A stretch of DNA of 64,000 bases from Candidatus Latescibacterota bacterium (GTDB taxonomy: Bacteria > Latescibacterota > UBA2968 > UBA8231): assembly GCA_965242865.1 (NCBI GenBank), contig CBDETK010000013.1, positions 2,816,001 to 2,880,000 on the forward strand, given 5' to 3'. Shown here piece by piece: positions 27,083-38,072 of the stretch (the stretch's first letter is position 1; each line of letters begins with the position of its first letter). The position numbers were made by a program, and so were the translations under genes. Below the pieces are notes generated by a model, which was given only the letters and a program-made list of their open reading frames with translations, was not told the origin of the DNA and did not search any database.

Positions 27083-28165
27083 ATGGGAAGACAACAGAAT
27101 ATCTCAACCCCTGCCCAACAACTTGTTGGTAGAAAGCTACAAAACGGCTGGAAGGTCGAAAAATTGATTGATCGCTCGGAAAACGCGACAGGGGGGTACT
27201 TCTCCATCTCCTACATCGTTCGCTCTGCTAACGGAAAAAGATCCTTTCTCAAAGCAATGGATTACACAAAAGCACTAGAATCACCGGATCCAGCTAGAGA
27301 ACTACAAGCCATGACTACAGCATATAACTTTGAACAGGACGTTCTAAAAAAGTGTGAATCTAAGAAGCTGTCTCGCATAGTTAGACTTCTTGACTCTGGA
27401 ACACTGCCAGCCCAAGGAGGGGATCCAAGTAGCGTTGTTCAGTATCTTATTTTTGAATGGGCAGACCACGACATTCGGTCGTTTATCGATGATTGGAAAC
27501 AGGCTTTTGAAACGGCTTGGGCTTTAAGGACAGTGCATCAGGTAGCAGCAGCATTGCAGCAGCTTCACTACGTGGAAATAGCGCATCAAGATATAAAACC
27601 GTCAAATGTTCTGATCTTTGAAAATAACAACTCTAAGCTAGCCGATCTGGGAAGGGCATTTGATCGTCATAGCACGTCGCCCCATGATGAATCAGTCTGT
27701 GCGGGAGACCTAGCCTACGCACCGCCGGAGCTGCTATATGGATATGTTCCTCAAGACTGGAGGATACGGCGATTAGGGTGCGACCTGTATCTATTGGGCA
27801 GTCTTGTTGTATTCTTTTGCACTGGAGTTTCTATGACGCACCTGCTTTTAAACCGACTAGATGAGCAACATTTCTATACAAACTGGGGAGGTAACTACAA
27901 AGAAGTACTTCCATACCTTCAGAGTGCTTTTGCACAGATTATTCGGGAGCTTCAAGAAAAAATCCACTCTAACTTTACTGACGACATTACGGAAATGATA
28001 AAACAGCTCTGTAACCCTGATCCCGATCGACGTGGGAATCCCAAAAACATTAGATATAGCGGTAACCAATACTCTATTGAGCGGTATGTGTCTATTTTTG
28101 ATCGTATCGCCAAGAAGGCAGAATGGTCACTAACACGTAGGGATTCTATCAGGAGATCGGACTAA
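27083..28165 (+). CDS. Hanks-type Ser/Thr protein kinase
   Basis: AAGGA RBS; TGGYFS Gly-loop, FLKA, HQDIKPSN catalytic loop, DLG, YAPPE, DLYLLG. Confidence 0.9.
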   Translation: MGRQQNISTPAQQLVGRKLQNGWKVEKLIDRSENATGGYFSISYIVRSANGKRSFLKAMDYTKALESPDPARELQAMTTAYNFEQDVLKKCESKKLSRIVRLLDSGTLPAQGGDPSSVVQYLIFEWADHDIRSFIDDWKQAFETAWALRTVHQVAAALQQLHYVEIAHQDIKPSNVLIFENNNSKLADLGRAFDRHSTSPHDESVCAGDLAYAPPELLYGYVPQDWRIRRLGCDLYLLGSLVVFFCTGVSMTHLLLNRLDEQHFYTNWGGNYKEVLPYLQSAFAQIIRELQEKIHSNFTDDITEMIKQLCNPDPDRRGNPKNIRYSGNQYSIERYVSIFDRIAKKAEWSLTRRDSIRRSD

Positions 28166-28167
28166 TC

Positions 28168-29712
28168 ATGGCTGGATTTATTATTGATGCAGACCGCAAG
28201 GTTATTCCTCGCTGGAGAACATTTGACCAGACTCTGAGGCTCGGTGAGCTCAACTCTATCGCACCTTCCCGAAAACATCATCAGGGCACTTCTGACTTCT
28301 TGGTGTCAAAAATTAGAGACTGGTTGGAACACCAGACAGTGGGCCATGCGGCGGATCTCGTTGGTTCTGCTCTCACACTCGGAAAAGAAAAAGAGGAAAG
28401 AGAGGTCCCCGAAGCAGCAAGATTTCTACTACAAGAAGATATGAGTGTTTCTCCGTGGGCAAGAGAGCTTGCAAAACAAGCGTTAAAAGCTCCTGAAGAT
28501 ACTGAGATAGTGTCGTCTCCCGAGGCGTTAGAGGAATTAACCTTACATAAAAAGATCGGGACCCTCAGACACCTATTGCGTACTGAGCCCAAAGATCCAA
28601 TCACTTGGGTGGAACTTTCTCGTCTCTATGCTATATTAGGACACAGCGACCAAGCGGAAAAAAGCATGACTGTCGCGTTACAACTGGCTATGAACAATCG
28701 TTTCGTTCTACGTTCAGCTAGTCGTCTCTGGATATATCGCGATGATCCGGAGAAGGCTCACGACATCATTGGAAAGGCAGATAGAACCCGTTATGATCCT
28801 TGGCTGTTAGCAGCGGAGATTGCTATTGGTAGTATTAACCAAAGAAAACCAAAATTTGTTAAATCCGCACGGCGAATGCTATCAGACGGAAAAATTTTAC
28901 CTGCCCATATAAGTGAACTCGCATCAGCCATAGCGACATTGGACTTAGCCTCTGGTAGCATCAAAAGTTCAAAAAAACTTTTCAGACTATCTTTGAATCA
29001 TCCAACTGAGAACAGTATCGCTCAGGCTGCTTGGGCGTCAAGAGAGAAAAGCATAATTACCCTCCGCGACGAATACTTGGAGCGTCCCCATACCTTTGAG
29101 GCCCGTTTTTGGTACTTCTATAGTCAAAGTCTATGGAAAGAGGCTGTTCAGGAGTGTGAGTGGTGGCAGTATGACCAGCCATTTTCAAAAAGACCGGGTA
29201 TTCATGGTTCATATGTATCCGCGGTTGCACTTGGAGATTACGAGAGAAGTGAACAATTTGCTAGACAAGGACTTATGGCAAAACCAAAGAAGCCCATACT
29301 CCTCTTAAACAATTTAGCCTTCGCTCTTATTAATCGCGGCGATACTGAGGGAGCGAAGAAGGAGTTGTCAAAAGTCAAATGCTTGCAGCCATCCGACCAA
29401 GAATGGGTATCCTTACAAGCAACTCGGGGACTTTTGGCATTCCGAACTGGAAATGTAGATCTTGGTCGGAAATTGTACTCGGAGGCGCGTTCAAAAGCAC
29501 GAGCAATGAAGGATCGCAAACTGTTTGCCTTGGCATCTTCATTCTATGCGATTGAAGAAATCTCACAGAATACCCCAGATGCCAATTCTATACGGTCTGA
29601 AACACTTCATGCCTTACAACGAGAGCACGATCCAATCTTTAGGGTGCTCGAACACAAGCTCACCACAAAGGCAGGAACACCAAAGATTGACAGCAACCCA
29701 TGCCGACCCTAA
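28168..29712 (+). CDS. TPR-like helical repeat protein, kinase partner
   Basis: P.DPITWVELSRLY..LG....A, LLNNLAFAL...G....A, ATRGLL.FR.G; 2 nt after the kinase stop and overlapping mod. Confidence 0.75.
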   Translation: MAGFIIDADRKVIPRWRTFDQTLRLGELNSIAPSRKHHQGTSDFLVSKIRDWLEHQTVGHAADLVGSALTLGKEKEEREVPEAARFLLQEDMSVSPWARELAKQALKAPEDTEIVSSPEALEELTLHKKIGTLRHLLRTEPKDPITWVELSRLYAILGHSDQAEKSMTVALQLAMNNRFVLRSASRLWIYRDDPEKAHDIIGKADRTRYDPWLLAAEIAIGSINQRKPKFVKSARRMLSDGKILPAHISELASAIATLDLASGSIKSSKKLFRLSLNHPTENSIAQAAWASREKSIITLRDEYLERPHTFEARFWYFYSQSLWKEAVQECEWWQYDQPFSKRPGIHGSYVSAVALGDYERSEQFARQGLMAKPKKPILLLNNLAFALINRGDTEGAKKELSKVKCLQPSDQEWVSLQATRGLLAFRTGNVDLGRKLYSEARSKARAMKDRKLFALASSFYAIEEISQNTPDANSIRSETLHALQREHDPIFRVLEHKLTTKAGTPKIDSNPCRP

Positions 29713-31238
29713 CGTGGCTCACACGTGACGCCGACCTCCGCGACGCCATCCAAGTCCCCTATCGTCTCCTCGAAGAGGCCCCCGACCTTTCTACCGGCGC
29801 CCCAGACACCACCAACGCCCTCATCCAAGGCGACAACCTCGAAGCCCTCAAAGCCTTGCTGCCGTTCTACGCCGGTCAAGTGAAGTGCATCTACATTGAC
29901 CCGCCGTATAACACGAGGTCTGCCTTTGAGCACTACGACGACAATCTCGAACATACGCAATGGCTGGCGATGATGTGGCCGCGCCTTGAACTTTTGCGCG
30001 ACTTGCTGGCCGAGGATGGCTCCATTTGGGCGTCCATTGACGACAACGAATTGCACTATCTCAAAGTCATCATGGACGAGGTCTTTGGACGGAAGAATTT
30101 CGTGGCTAATGTCATCTGGGAAAAAAAATACGCGCCGCAGAACGATGCAAAATGGCTTTCGGATAGCCACGATCATATTGTTTGCTTTGCAAAAAGCAAG
30201 GAGAGGTGGCGACCGAATCTGTTGCCGCGAACCGACGAAATGAACGCCCGCTATAAGAACTTGGACGACGACCCAAGAGGCGAGTGGAAAATCAGCGGCT
30301 TAGATGTCAAGACGTATTCCGCCGTTTATGACTATCCCATCACCACTCCATCGGGACGGGTCGTCAACCCACCTGCGGGTCGTTGTTGGGTCGTTTCAAA
30401 GGAACGCTTTCAAGAACTGGTAGCGGATAACCGAGTATGGTTTGGCAAACACGGCAACAACGTGCCTTCCATAAAGCGGTTTCTCTCCGAAGTGAAACAA
30501 GGCACAGTTTCCAAGACCTTGTGGTATCGCAAAGAGGTAGGCGACAATCAGGAGGCCAAACGGGAAGCCCGCGTCTTTAACGAAGCGGAGGTTTTCGGCA
30601 CGCCCAAACCCGAACGCCTCATCCAACGCATCCTCCACCTCGCCACCAACCCCGGCGACCTCGTCCTCGACTCCTTCCTCGGCTCCGGCACCACGGCCGC
30701 GGTCGCGCACAAAATGGGCCGACGCTACATCGGCATAGAAATGGGCGAGCACGCCATCACCCATTGCGTCCCGCGCCTGAACAAAGTGATTGATGGCGAA
30801 CAAGGCGGCATCTCCAAAAGCGTTGGCTGGCAGGGCGGCGGCGGCTTCCGCTTCTACCGCCTCGGCCCGCCAGTGTTCGACGAGGAAGGACATATCCGAG
30901 CAGACATCCGCTTTCCCGTGCTGGCCGCGCACATCTGGTTCAGCGAGACCGGCCGGGCGTGGAATGGCGACGGAAACTCGCCGTTTCTCGGTCTGCACGA
31001 TGACCGCGCCTACGCCCTGCTCTACAACGGCATGCTGAGAGACAAGCGACCAGGCCGCGGCAATGTTTTGACCCGGGCGACCCTCGCTGCGATTCGGGCG
31101 GAAATTGCGCACGAGGCTCCTGTTTTTAACGGCCCGCTCACGGTCTATGGCGAGCAGTCGCGCTTGACGCCAGCGACGCTCGACCGGGAGGGCATCGCCT
31201 TCAAACAGACGCCCTACGACGTGCGATCGAGAACCTGA
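29700..31238 (+). CDS. mod: Type III R-M methyltransferase Mod
   Basis: IYIDPPYN, TPKPE, LDSFLGSGTT; directly upstream of res. Confidence 0.93.
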   Translation: MPTLTWLTRDADLRDAIQVPYRLLEEAPDLSTGAPDTTNALIQGDNLEALKALLPFYAGQVKCIYIDPPYNTRSAFEHYDDNLEHTQWLAMMWPRLELLRDLLAEDGSIWASIDDNELHYLKVIMDEVFGRKNFVANVIWEKKYAPQNDAKWLSDSHDHIVCFAKSKERWRPNLLPRTDEMNARYKNLDDDPRGEWKISGLDVKTYSAVYDYPITTPSGRVVNPPAGRCWVVSKERFQELVADNRVWFGKHGNNVPSIKRFLSEVKQGTVSKTLWYRKEVGDNQEAKREARVFNEAEVFGTPKPERLIQRILHLATNPGDLVLDSFLGSGTTAAVAHKMGRRYIGIEMGEHAITHCVPRLNKVIDGEQGGISKSVGWQGGGGFRFYRLGPPVFDEEGHIRADIRFPVLAAHIWFSETGRAWNGDGNSPFLGLHDDRAYALLYNGMLRDKRPGRGNVLTRATLAAIRAEIAHEAPVFNGPLTVYGEQSRLTPATLDREGIAFKQTPYDVRSRT

Positions 31239-31240
31239 TC

Positions 31241-33871
31241 ATGCAGCTCAAGCAATACCAGACGGACACCTTGTCCACGCTGCGCCGCTTCTTGGAGGAA
31301 GCCCGCATCGCCGGGGCGAAAAACGCCTACGAGTCCATCGCGCAAGAGCCAGGACAAGCCGCACGGGGTTACGGTGGACGCTATGAGCCGCTGGCCAAAC
31401 TGCCCAACGTGCCCTACGTGTGCCTGCGGCTGCCCACCGGCGGCGGCAAAACCATTCTCGCCGCTCATGCCGTTTCTGTCGCCCGCGACGCTTGGATCGA
31501 AAAGGATCATCCACTGGTGCTGTGGCTGGTCCCGACGAATACCATTCGCCGGCAAACCGCTGAAGCCCTCAAGAACCCCCGCCATGCGTATCGGCGCGTC
31601 TTGGACGACGCATTCGCCGGCCGGGTGCGCGTCTTCGACATTGCGGACTTCACCCATATCCGACCACACGACCTGCGCGACCACTGTTGCATTGTGGTCG
31701 GCACCATCCAGACGCTGCGGGTGAAAAGCACCGAAGGGCGCAAAGTGTATGCCCACAACGAAGAGATGGAACCGCACTTCTCCGCAGTGCCGCAAGCCGC
31801 ATCGGGCCTAGAGAAGCTGGACAACGGCGGCGTCAAATTCTCTTTCGCCAACCTACTCCATCGGCACCGCCCCCTGATGATCGTCGATGAGGCGCACAAC
31901 GCGGTCACCGGCCTGACGCGGGAAATGCAGGCGCGGGTCAACCCCTGTGCCATCGTCGAGTTCACAGCGACGCCGCAACGCAAGTCAAACATTCTGTACA
32001 GCGTCTCTGCCCAAGAACTCAAGCGCGAAGAAATGATCAAGCTGCCCATCGCGCTTGCCGAGCACGACACTTGGCAGAACGCAGTGAACGGCGCCATCGC
32101 CGCCCGTGCTTCGCTTGCCGAGACCGCCAAGGACGATGCTTTCTACATCCGTCCCATCGTCTTGTTGCAAGCCCAGCCAAAAAACCAAGAAGTAACGGTT
32201 GACGCCCTGAAAAAGCACCTGATGGACATTGAGCAAATCCCAGAAAGCAAAATCGCCATTGTCACGGGCGACCAGCGCGAACTCGACGCCATTGACTTGT
32301 TCGACCGCACCTGTCCCATTGAATACGTCATTACAATCGAGGCACTCAAAGAAGGATGGGATTGCTCGTTCGCGTACATTTTCTGCTCGGTATCGCGCAT
32401 CCAAAGCGCGACCGATGTCGAGCAACTGCTCGGCCGCGTCCTGCGGATGCCCTACGCCAAGCGACGCCAAGCACCCGACCTCAACAAAGCCTACGCCTTC
32501 CTATCCGAGCCATCTTTTGGCGAAGCGGCCCGCGCCTTGGCCGACAAATTGGTAGATATGGGCTTTGAGGAAGACGAAGCCCTCGACAACATCGAGCCGG
32601 TGCAGCAGACGCTCGACCTTCAGAACGACTTGTTTGAGCCACGGGAAAAGCCGGAGCCGGTATTCAGATATACGACCCCAGCCACCGCGGAAATCCTGTC
32701 CGAACTCAGCGAGGCCGAGTACGACGGATTGCAGGTGCGCGAAACTGCTGAAGGACAGGTCGAAATCGCGCTTACCGGCTGGGTCAATCAGGACCGCGAG
32801 CAGGCGATTGCGGCGACGTTGCCCGAACAGGAGCGAAAAGGGTTTGCCACAGCCGTTGCCCAACACCGCGCCGCAGTCAAAGAACACCTATCCCCGGCCG
32901 AACAGGGGCAGCCATTCAACGTTCCGCGTCTCATGGCGGAAATCCAAGGCACCCTAGAATACGCCGATGCGGATGTGTTCATGGAATACCACGACTGGTC
33001 GCTGCTCAATTATTCGCCGAAAATGGACGAAGGGGAATTCACTATCCGCGAGACAGCACACAGCTTTGAAATTGACCTCGACGGCAACCGCGTCTCCTAC
33101 CAATTCGCCAGCGAAGCGGAGCAATTGGCACTGGACATGGCCGCCGAAGGCTGGACCGCCGAGGCCCTCGTCCTGTGGCTCGACCGTCAGGTGCGCCAGA
33201 TGGACATTCACCAAAGCGAATTGCTCAAATGGCTACGCCAACTCGTCGATCACCTGCTCAACACGCACGGCATGTCCATTGCCGCACTGATGCGTTGCAA
33301 GTTCTTGCTCGCCAAGAAAATCGAAAGCAAAATCGCGGCCATTCGCCAAGAGGAACGCAGCGGTGTCTATCAGCAGCATCTCTTTGAATCCGCGGCCAAC
33401 CCAACGGTCTCATTCGACGCGGCCTTCTCCTTTGCGGACGACATGTACTGGGATCAACGGTGCTATCGCGGGCGTTGGAAACCGCGCAAGCACTTTCTCG
33501 GCCCGGATCGCGTTCCCGCCTTTGACGGCGCGGACGATGGCGAGGAAATGCAATGCGCTCAAGTCATCGACAGTCTGGCGACCGTGAAGTACTGGATTCG
33601 CAATGTCGCACGCCATCCCAACTCGTTTTGGCTGCCCACCGCAACGGACAAATTCTACCCAGACTTTGTCGCCTTGCTAACCGACGGTCGCCTCCTCGTC
33701 GTCGAATACAAGGGCGCCCACATCGCCGAAGGGTCGGATACCAATGAGAAGCGGACCATTGGTGCCCTGTGGGAGCGGGAAAGCAGCGGTAAGGGCCTGT
33801 TCGCAGTCGCGGAGAAAATGGTCGATGAGAAAGACCTGCGGCAGCAATTCACAGAAAAGATCGGAATTTGA
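31241..33871 (+). CDS. res: Type III R-M Res subunit (intact helicase + PD-(D/E)xK nuclease)
   Basis: PTGGGKT, VDEAH, TATP, EGWD, QLLGR; FYPDF..VVEYKG nuclease motif. Confidence 0.92.
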   Translation: MQLKQYQTDTLSTLRRFLEEARIAGAKNAYESIAQEPGQAARGYGGRYEPLAKLPNVPYVCLRLPTGGGKTILAAHAVSVARDAWIEKDHPLVLWLVPTNTIRRQTAEALKNPRHAYRRVLDDAFAGRVRVFDIADFTHIRPHDLRDHCCIVVGTIQTLRVKSTEGRKVYAHNEEMEPHFSAVPQAASGLEKLDNGGVKFSFANLLHRHRPLMIVDEAHNAVTGLTREMQARVNPCAIVEFTATPQRKSNILYSVSAQELKREEMIKLPIALAEHDTWQNAVNGAIAARASLAETAKDDAFYIRPIVLLQAQPKNQEVTVDALKKHLMDIEQIPESKIAIVTGDQRELDAIDLFDRTCPIEYVITIEALKEGWDCSFAYIFCSVSRIQSATDVEQLLGRVLRMPYAKRRQAPDLNKAYAFLSEPSFGEAARALADKLVDMGFEEDEALDNIEPVQQTLDLQNDLFEPREKPEPVFRYTTPATAEILSELSEAEYDGLQVRETAEGQVEIALTGWVNQDREQAIAATLPEQERKGFATAVAQHRAAVKEHLSPAEQGQPFNVPRLMAEIQGTLEYADADVFMEYHDWSLLNYSPKMDEGEFTIRETAHSFEIDLDGNRVSYQFASEAEQLALDMAAEGWTAEALVLWLDRQVRQMDIHQSELLKWLRQLVDHLLNTHGMSIAALMRCKFLLAKKIESKIAAIRQEERSGVYQQHLFESAANPTVSFDAAFSFADDMYWDQRCYRGRWKPRKHFLGPDRVPAFDGADDGEEMQCAQVIDSLATVKYWIRNVARHPNSFWLPTATDKFYPDFVALLTDGRLLVVEYKGAHIAEGSDTNEKRTIGALWERESSGKGLFAVAEKMVDEKDLRQQFTEKIGI

Positions 33872-33928
33872 ACGATCACCCCGACGAACGGTCGTAAGGT
33901 AGGACGTATAACCGCTTAGGATGCGTAG

Positions 33929-35206
33929 ATGAGCTATGCCCAGCTAACACGCTTCATGTTGCCCCTAGTGGTGACGGCGCTGGTGCAAGAGCTTAGCGGC
34001 CAGTTCCTCAACGGCGGCATGGCGCGGATGCCGCGGGCGGTCGAAACGCTGGCCGCCTTTGGCTTGGCCTTTGGCTTGGCCTTATTCCTCGCCGGCACCC
34101 TATCCCAAGTGCGGCAACTCGGCTTAGTCCTCGTCGAACACGCCCAAGGCTACCGGGTCTGCTGCCGCTTTGTGCTCGCGGCCGGGCTGCTGTTGGCTGG
34201 CATTTTAGCCTGCTTGGCCCTGACGCCGCTGGGGACTTGGATCATCGACGACCTGCACGGGGTCGATCCCACACTCGGCGACCCCGTGCGCTCGGCCCTG
34301 CTGTGGCTCGTCCCCTACCCCGTCTTGCAGGGGATGACGCGCTTTTACAGCGGTGTGCTCATCCGCGTCCGCCGCACCGACATCCCCGCCTACGCCACCA
34401 CCACCGGGATCGCCCTCAGCATCCTCGCGGTCTTCGCGCTGCTGCCGCTCGGCTTTGTCCGCCAGACCCCAATCGCGTTGCCGGTCCTCGCCGTGTACGC
34501 GGGTGCGCTCGCCGAGCTGGGCGTGGTCGCGTGGGGCCGCTGGCACTTGGTGCGCTGGCCCGCACGAGCCAATGCGCCGGTCCTAACGTACCTATACGTT
34601 CTGCGCTTCTTCTGGCCCTTGGCGCTGATCATGGCCGTGCAGGCCGGCACCCGGCCCCTGATCAACATGTTTGTCGCTCGCAGTGCCGATGGCATCCAAG
34701 CACTGGCCGTGCTGACCATCGTCTATGCGCTCGGCCACATCCCGTACGGCTGGCTCAACGAACTACGCAACCTGCCGACAGCCTTTCGCCAAGAAGGGGA
34801 TTTGGCCAAAATTCGCCGCTTCTGCTGGGGCTGTTGTCTGTTTTCCTGTGCTTGGATGGTGGCGCTGTTTTGGACGCCGGCTGTCCACTACATCCTCGGT
34901 GCTTGGATCGGCATCGGTCCCGAGCTGATCGCCGACTGCAGGACGCCCTTGCTCCTGTTTACGGGCTTTCCCTTTGTCGTCAGCCTGCGTAGCTACTTCC
35001 ACGGCATCGGTCTGCTCCAGCGCCGCACCCAAGCCATGGCGCCGAGTGCGCCGTCGCGGGTGGCGACCGTCTTGCTGATGCTAGCCCTGCTCGCCAATTT
35101 CGACCTCCACGGCGCGACCCAAGCCGTGGGTGCCCTAATCAGCGGCCACACTGTGGAGGCCCTCGTCGTCTGGTGGAGCATCGGGCGCGGTCGGCGAGCC
35201 TCTTGA
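33929..35206 (+). CDS. MATE/MOP-superfamily-like multi-pass membrane protein
   Basis: About 12 hydrophobic segments with a two-fold internal repeat (RFMLPL / RFFWPL). Confidence 0.65.
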   Translation: MSYAQLTRFMLPLVVTALVQELSGQFLNGGMARMPRAVETLAAFGLAFGLALFLAGTLSQVRQLGLVLVEHAQGYRVCCRFVLAAGLLLAGILACLALTPLGTWIIDDLHGVDPTLGDPVRSALLWLVPYPVLQGMTRFYSGVLIRVRRTDIPAYATTTGIALSILAVFALLPLGFVRQTPIALPVLAVYAGALAELGVVAWGRWHLVRWPARANAPVLTYLYVLRFFWPLALIMAVQAGTRPLINMFVARSADGIQALAVLTIVYALGHIPYGWLNELRNLPTAFRQEGDLAKIRRFCWGCCLFSCAWMVALFWTPAVHYILGAWIGIGPELIADCRTPLLLFTGFPFVVSLRSYFHGIGLLQRRTQAMAPSAPSRVATVLLMLALLANFDLHGATQAVGALISGHTVEALVVWWSIGRGRRAS

Positions 35207-35273
35207 CGCCGCTAGGTCTGTGTCCAACGTTCTACGCAGACTTTCCCAACGACAAACCTCGGAAAGGGACGCC

Positions 35274-36917
35274 ATGTCCATGAACGGCAACCAAGCCATT
35301 GCCCACATCCTCAAGGCCGAAGGCGTTGCGTGGCTATCGGCCTTTCCCGCCCAGCCGCTGATTGACGAGGCGGCCCGCGCGGGGATCCGACCCGTTATCT
35401 GCCGCCAAGAGCGGACGGGCGTCAACATGGCCGACGGCTTCAGCCGCACGACCAACGGCCGCCCTTTTGGCGTCTTTACCATGCAGACCGGGCCGGGGGC
35501 CGAAAACGCGCTCGGCGGCGCGGCCCAGGCCTACGCCGACTCCATCCCCCTGCTGCTCCTGCCCGGAGGGGTAGCCACGGCCCGCACCCAAGTGCCGCCC
35601 AACTTCGACTCGGTAGCCAACTATCGCGGCATCACCAAGTGGGCCGCCCACATCAACCAAGTCGAGCGCGTTCCCGGGCTGATGCGCCGGGCCTTTAGCC
35701 AGCTCGCCCACGGCCGCCCCGGGCCGGTGCTCGTAGAAATCCCCAGCGACTTAGGCACCGCCGAGCTCCCCGAGGACTTTGACTACCAGCCGATCAAAGC
35801 CTATAAGTCCGGGGCCGACCCGGACGCGGTCCGCGACTTGGTTGCCGCGCTGGTCCAGGCCGAATGTCCGGTCATCAACGCGGGACACGGCGTACTGTGG
35901 GCCGAAGCTACGGACCCGCTAGTAGCCCTCGCCGAGCTGCTCAACGTGCCGGTTATGACCACCTTGGCCGGCAAGAGCGCGTTTCCCGAAAACCATCCGC
36001 TCGCGCTGGGCACCGGCGGCTACACCGGTACGCTGATGGTCGATCGCTTCCTGCAAAAGACCGACTTCGTCTTGGGCGTGGGCACCAGCTTTACCATCTC
36101 AAACTTCAACGCCCCCATGCCCGCTCGCGCCGTCTTGGCGCAGGTGACCAACTGCGCCGAGGACCTCAACAAGGACTACCGGATTAGCTTGGGGGCCATC
36201 GGCGATGCGCGGATCGTGCTGGACCAGATCGCCGAGGAAGTCCGCCGACAGCTCGGGGCTGACGGGCGGGCTGACGGGCGCGGGGTCGCGGCCGAGATCG
36301 CGGCGATTCGCGCTGAGTTCAATGCTGCGTGGGCGCCGAAATTCCGCTCGGACGAGGTGCCGATAAACCCCTACCGGGTCTTCGCCGAACTCGCCCGCGC
36401 CGTGGATGTGCCCAACACCATCATCACCCACGACTCGGGCTATCCCCGCGATCAGCTCGTGCCGTTTTGGCGGCCCCAAATCCCCAGAGGGTATCTCGGC
36501 TGGGGCAAGTCAACCCAGCTCGGTTACGGCTTGGGCTTGGCACTGGGGGCCAAGTTGGCCGCGCTAGACAAGCAGGTCATCAACATCATGGGCGACGCGG
36601 CTTTTGGCATGGCGGGCCTCGATATTGAGACCGCGGTGCGCGCAGAAATTCCCATTCTCACGGTGGTGCTCAACAACGGCGTAATGACCCACTACGACCA
36701 GTACATGCCCTACTCCAGTGAACACTACCAGAGCAATCGCCTCGGCGGCCACTACGCACAGGTAGCCGAGGCCCTCGGTGCCCACGCCGAGCGCGTCGAA
36801 ACGCCCTTAGAGTTGGCACCGGCCATCCAACGCGCCCTCGCAGCCAACCGCGAAGGCCGCGCCGCCTTGGTGGAGGTGATGACCAAGGCGGAAGAAAACA
36901 TCGCCAAGTTTTGGTAA
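35274..36917 (+). CDS. Thiamine-pyrophosphate-dependent enzyme (acetolactate synthase-like family)
   Basis: RQER.GVNMADG, GPGAEN, GRPGPV, GDAAFGM..VLNN TPP motif. Confidence 0.9.
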   Translation: MSMNGNQAIAHILKAEGVAWLSAFPAQPLIDEAARAGIRPVICRQERTGVNMADGFSRTTNGRPFGVFTMQTGPGAENALGGAAQAYADSIPLLLLPGGVATARTQVPPNFDSVANYRGITKWAAHINQVERVPGLMRRAFSQLAHGRPGPVLVEIPSDLGTAELPEDFDYQPIKAYKSGADPDAVRDLVAALVQAECPVINAGHGVLWAEATDPLVALAELLNVPVMTTLAGKSAFPENHPLALGTGGYTGTLMVDRFLQKTDFVLGVGTSFTISNFNAPMPARAVLAQVTNCAEDLNKDYRISLGAIGDARIVLDQIAEEVRRQLGADGRADGRGVAAEIAAIRAEFNAAWAPKFRSDEVPINPYRVFAELARAVDVPNTIITHDSGYPRDQLVPFWRPQIPRGYLGWGKSTQLGYGLGLALGAKLAALDKQVINIMGDAAFGMAGLDIETAVRAEIPILTVVLNNGVMTHYDQYMPYSSEHYQSNRLGGHYAQVAEALGAHAERVETPLELAPAIQRALAANREGRAALVEVMTKAEENIAKFW

Positions 36918-37141
36918 AGGGGAACGCCATGGGGGCCGTGTACTACAAATGATGCCTTACACAATCACAACTGAAACAACACAAGATAAGTCGCGTCTCC
37001 TCGACTATTTTCGCGATCATGGAGAGGAAAAGCTAGCTAAACTTAAACAAGAAATCGGAGGTGAAAATTACAAGAAGCTGGCGAGCAAAATAAATAAAGC
37101 ACTGATCAAAAGCCTAAAATCATTTAGGGAAGCAGTCATAA

Positions 37142-38072
37142 GAAGCTGTCTGAAAACTCTGTGATGTATCGCGTATTTGAGTTGGCGTACTCATTGAGCC
37201 ATCTTCAGGTTTCGCCAAAAAATCTGAACAGAAAGGCTCGTATAATGAGTACGCCGCATGGTCAATATGCCACCGATGTAACCGATGCGCAATGGCCGCC
37301 GATCGAACCGGTACTGCCGGCTCCGATTTGGCGTCCCAAGGGTCCGGGTCGGCCACCGCGCGACCGGCGCCCGATCGTCCATGGTATTTTGTATCTGACG
37401 AAGGCCGGCTGTCCTTGGGCGTTGTTGCCGCTTTGTTTTGGTCCTTGGAAGACGGTGTATGATGCCTTCCGCCGCTGGAGTCGCCAAGGGGTCTGGGCGC
37501 AGGTGTTGGGTCGGCTCACTCAGCAGGAACGTCGTCGTACCGGCCGGGCGGCTACGCCATCGTCTGGCTGTATCGACAGCCAGACGATAAAGACTGCAAC
37601 CCAAGGTAAAACAACTGGATATGACGCCGGAAAAAAATCCAAGGACGCAAACGTCCTCTATTAGTCGACTCCTTGGGCTTGCTTCAACAGGTGGTGGTCA
37701 CCGCCGCCGATGTCGAAGACCGGGCAGGCTTGAAGCAGGTGTTGACCCGCTATCAGGCGACCGGCACTCCCCGGTTACGCAAACTGTGGGGCGATGGCGG
37801 CTATCGCGGCGCGGCGATCCGAACATGGGTGGCCAACCTCAAAAAGACGCACAAGATCGACTTGGAAATCGTCGCCAAACAAGGCCCCGGATGTACCGTA
37901 CTCAAACGGCGTTGGGTCGTTGAGCGCACCTGGGCATGGTTGATGAATTTTAGACGCCATGCCCGAGAGTATGAGGTCCTGACGCGCCATAGCGAAGCCT
38001 TGATTCAGATCGCCATGATCCACCTAGTACTTAAACGAATCAAATAGAAAAATATAGTTTTCAGACCGCTTC
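37142..38072 (+). mobile_element. IS5-family insertion sequence
   Basis: TIRs GAAGCTGTCTGAAAAC / GTTTTCAGACCGCTTC; TAA target duplication (37139-37141, 38073-38075). Confidence 0.93.
37245..38047 (+). pseudogene. IS5 DDE transposase, two frames joined at an A7 slip site (37631-37637); many conserved residues substituted
   Basis: IDSQ, GYDAGKK, LVDSLG, DGGY, RWVVERT motifs. Confidence 0.85.

Noticed and set aside
29700-31238. Phase-variable simple repeats in the mod genes
   Set aside because: No long tandem SSR is visible; the A9 run at ~30120 encodes Glu-Lys-Lys in a motif shared with the other Mod
20515-33900. Prophage, ICE or integron as the carrier of the defence island
   Set aside because: No integrase, structural, conjugation or attC features, and no flanking direct repeat found at the outer ends
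37631-37637. Frameshift in the first IS transposase as an inactivating mutation
   Set aside because: An A-rich slip site at GKK(I) is a normal programmed frameshift position in IS5-family elements
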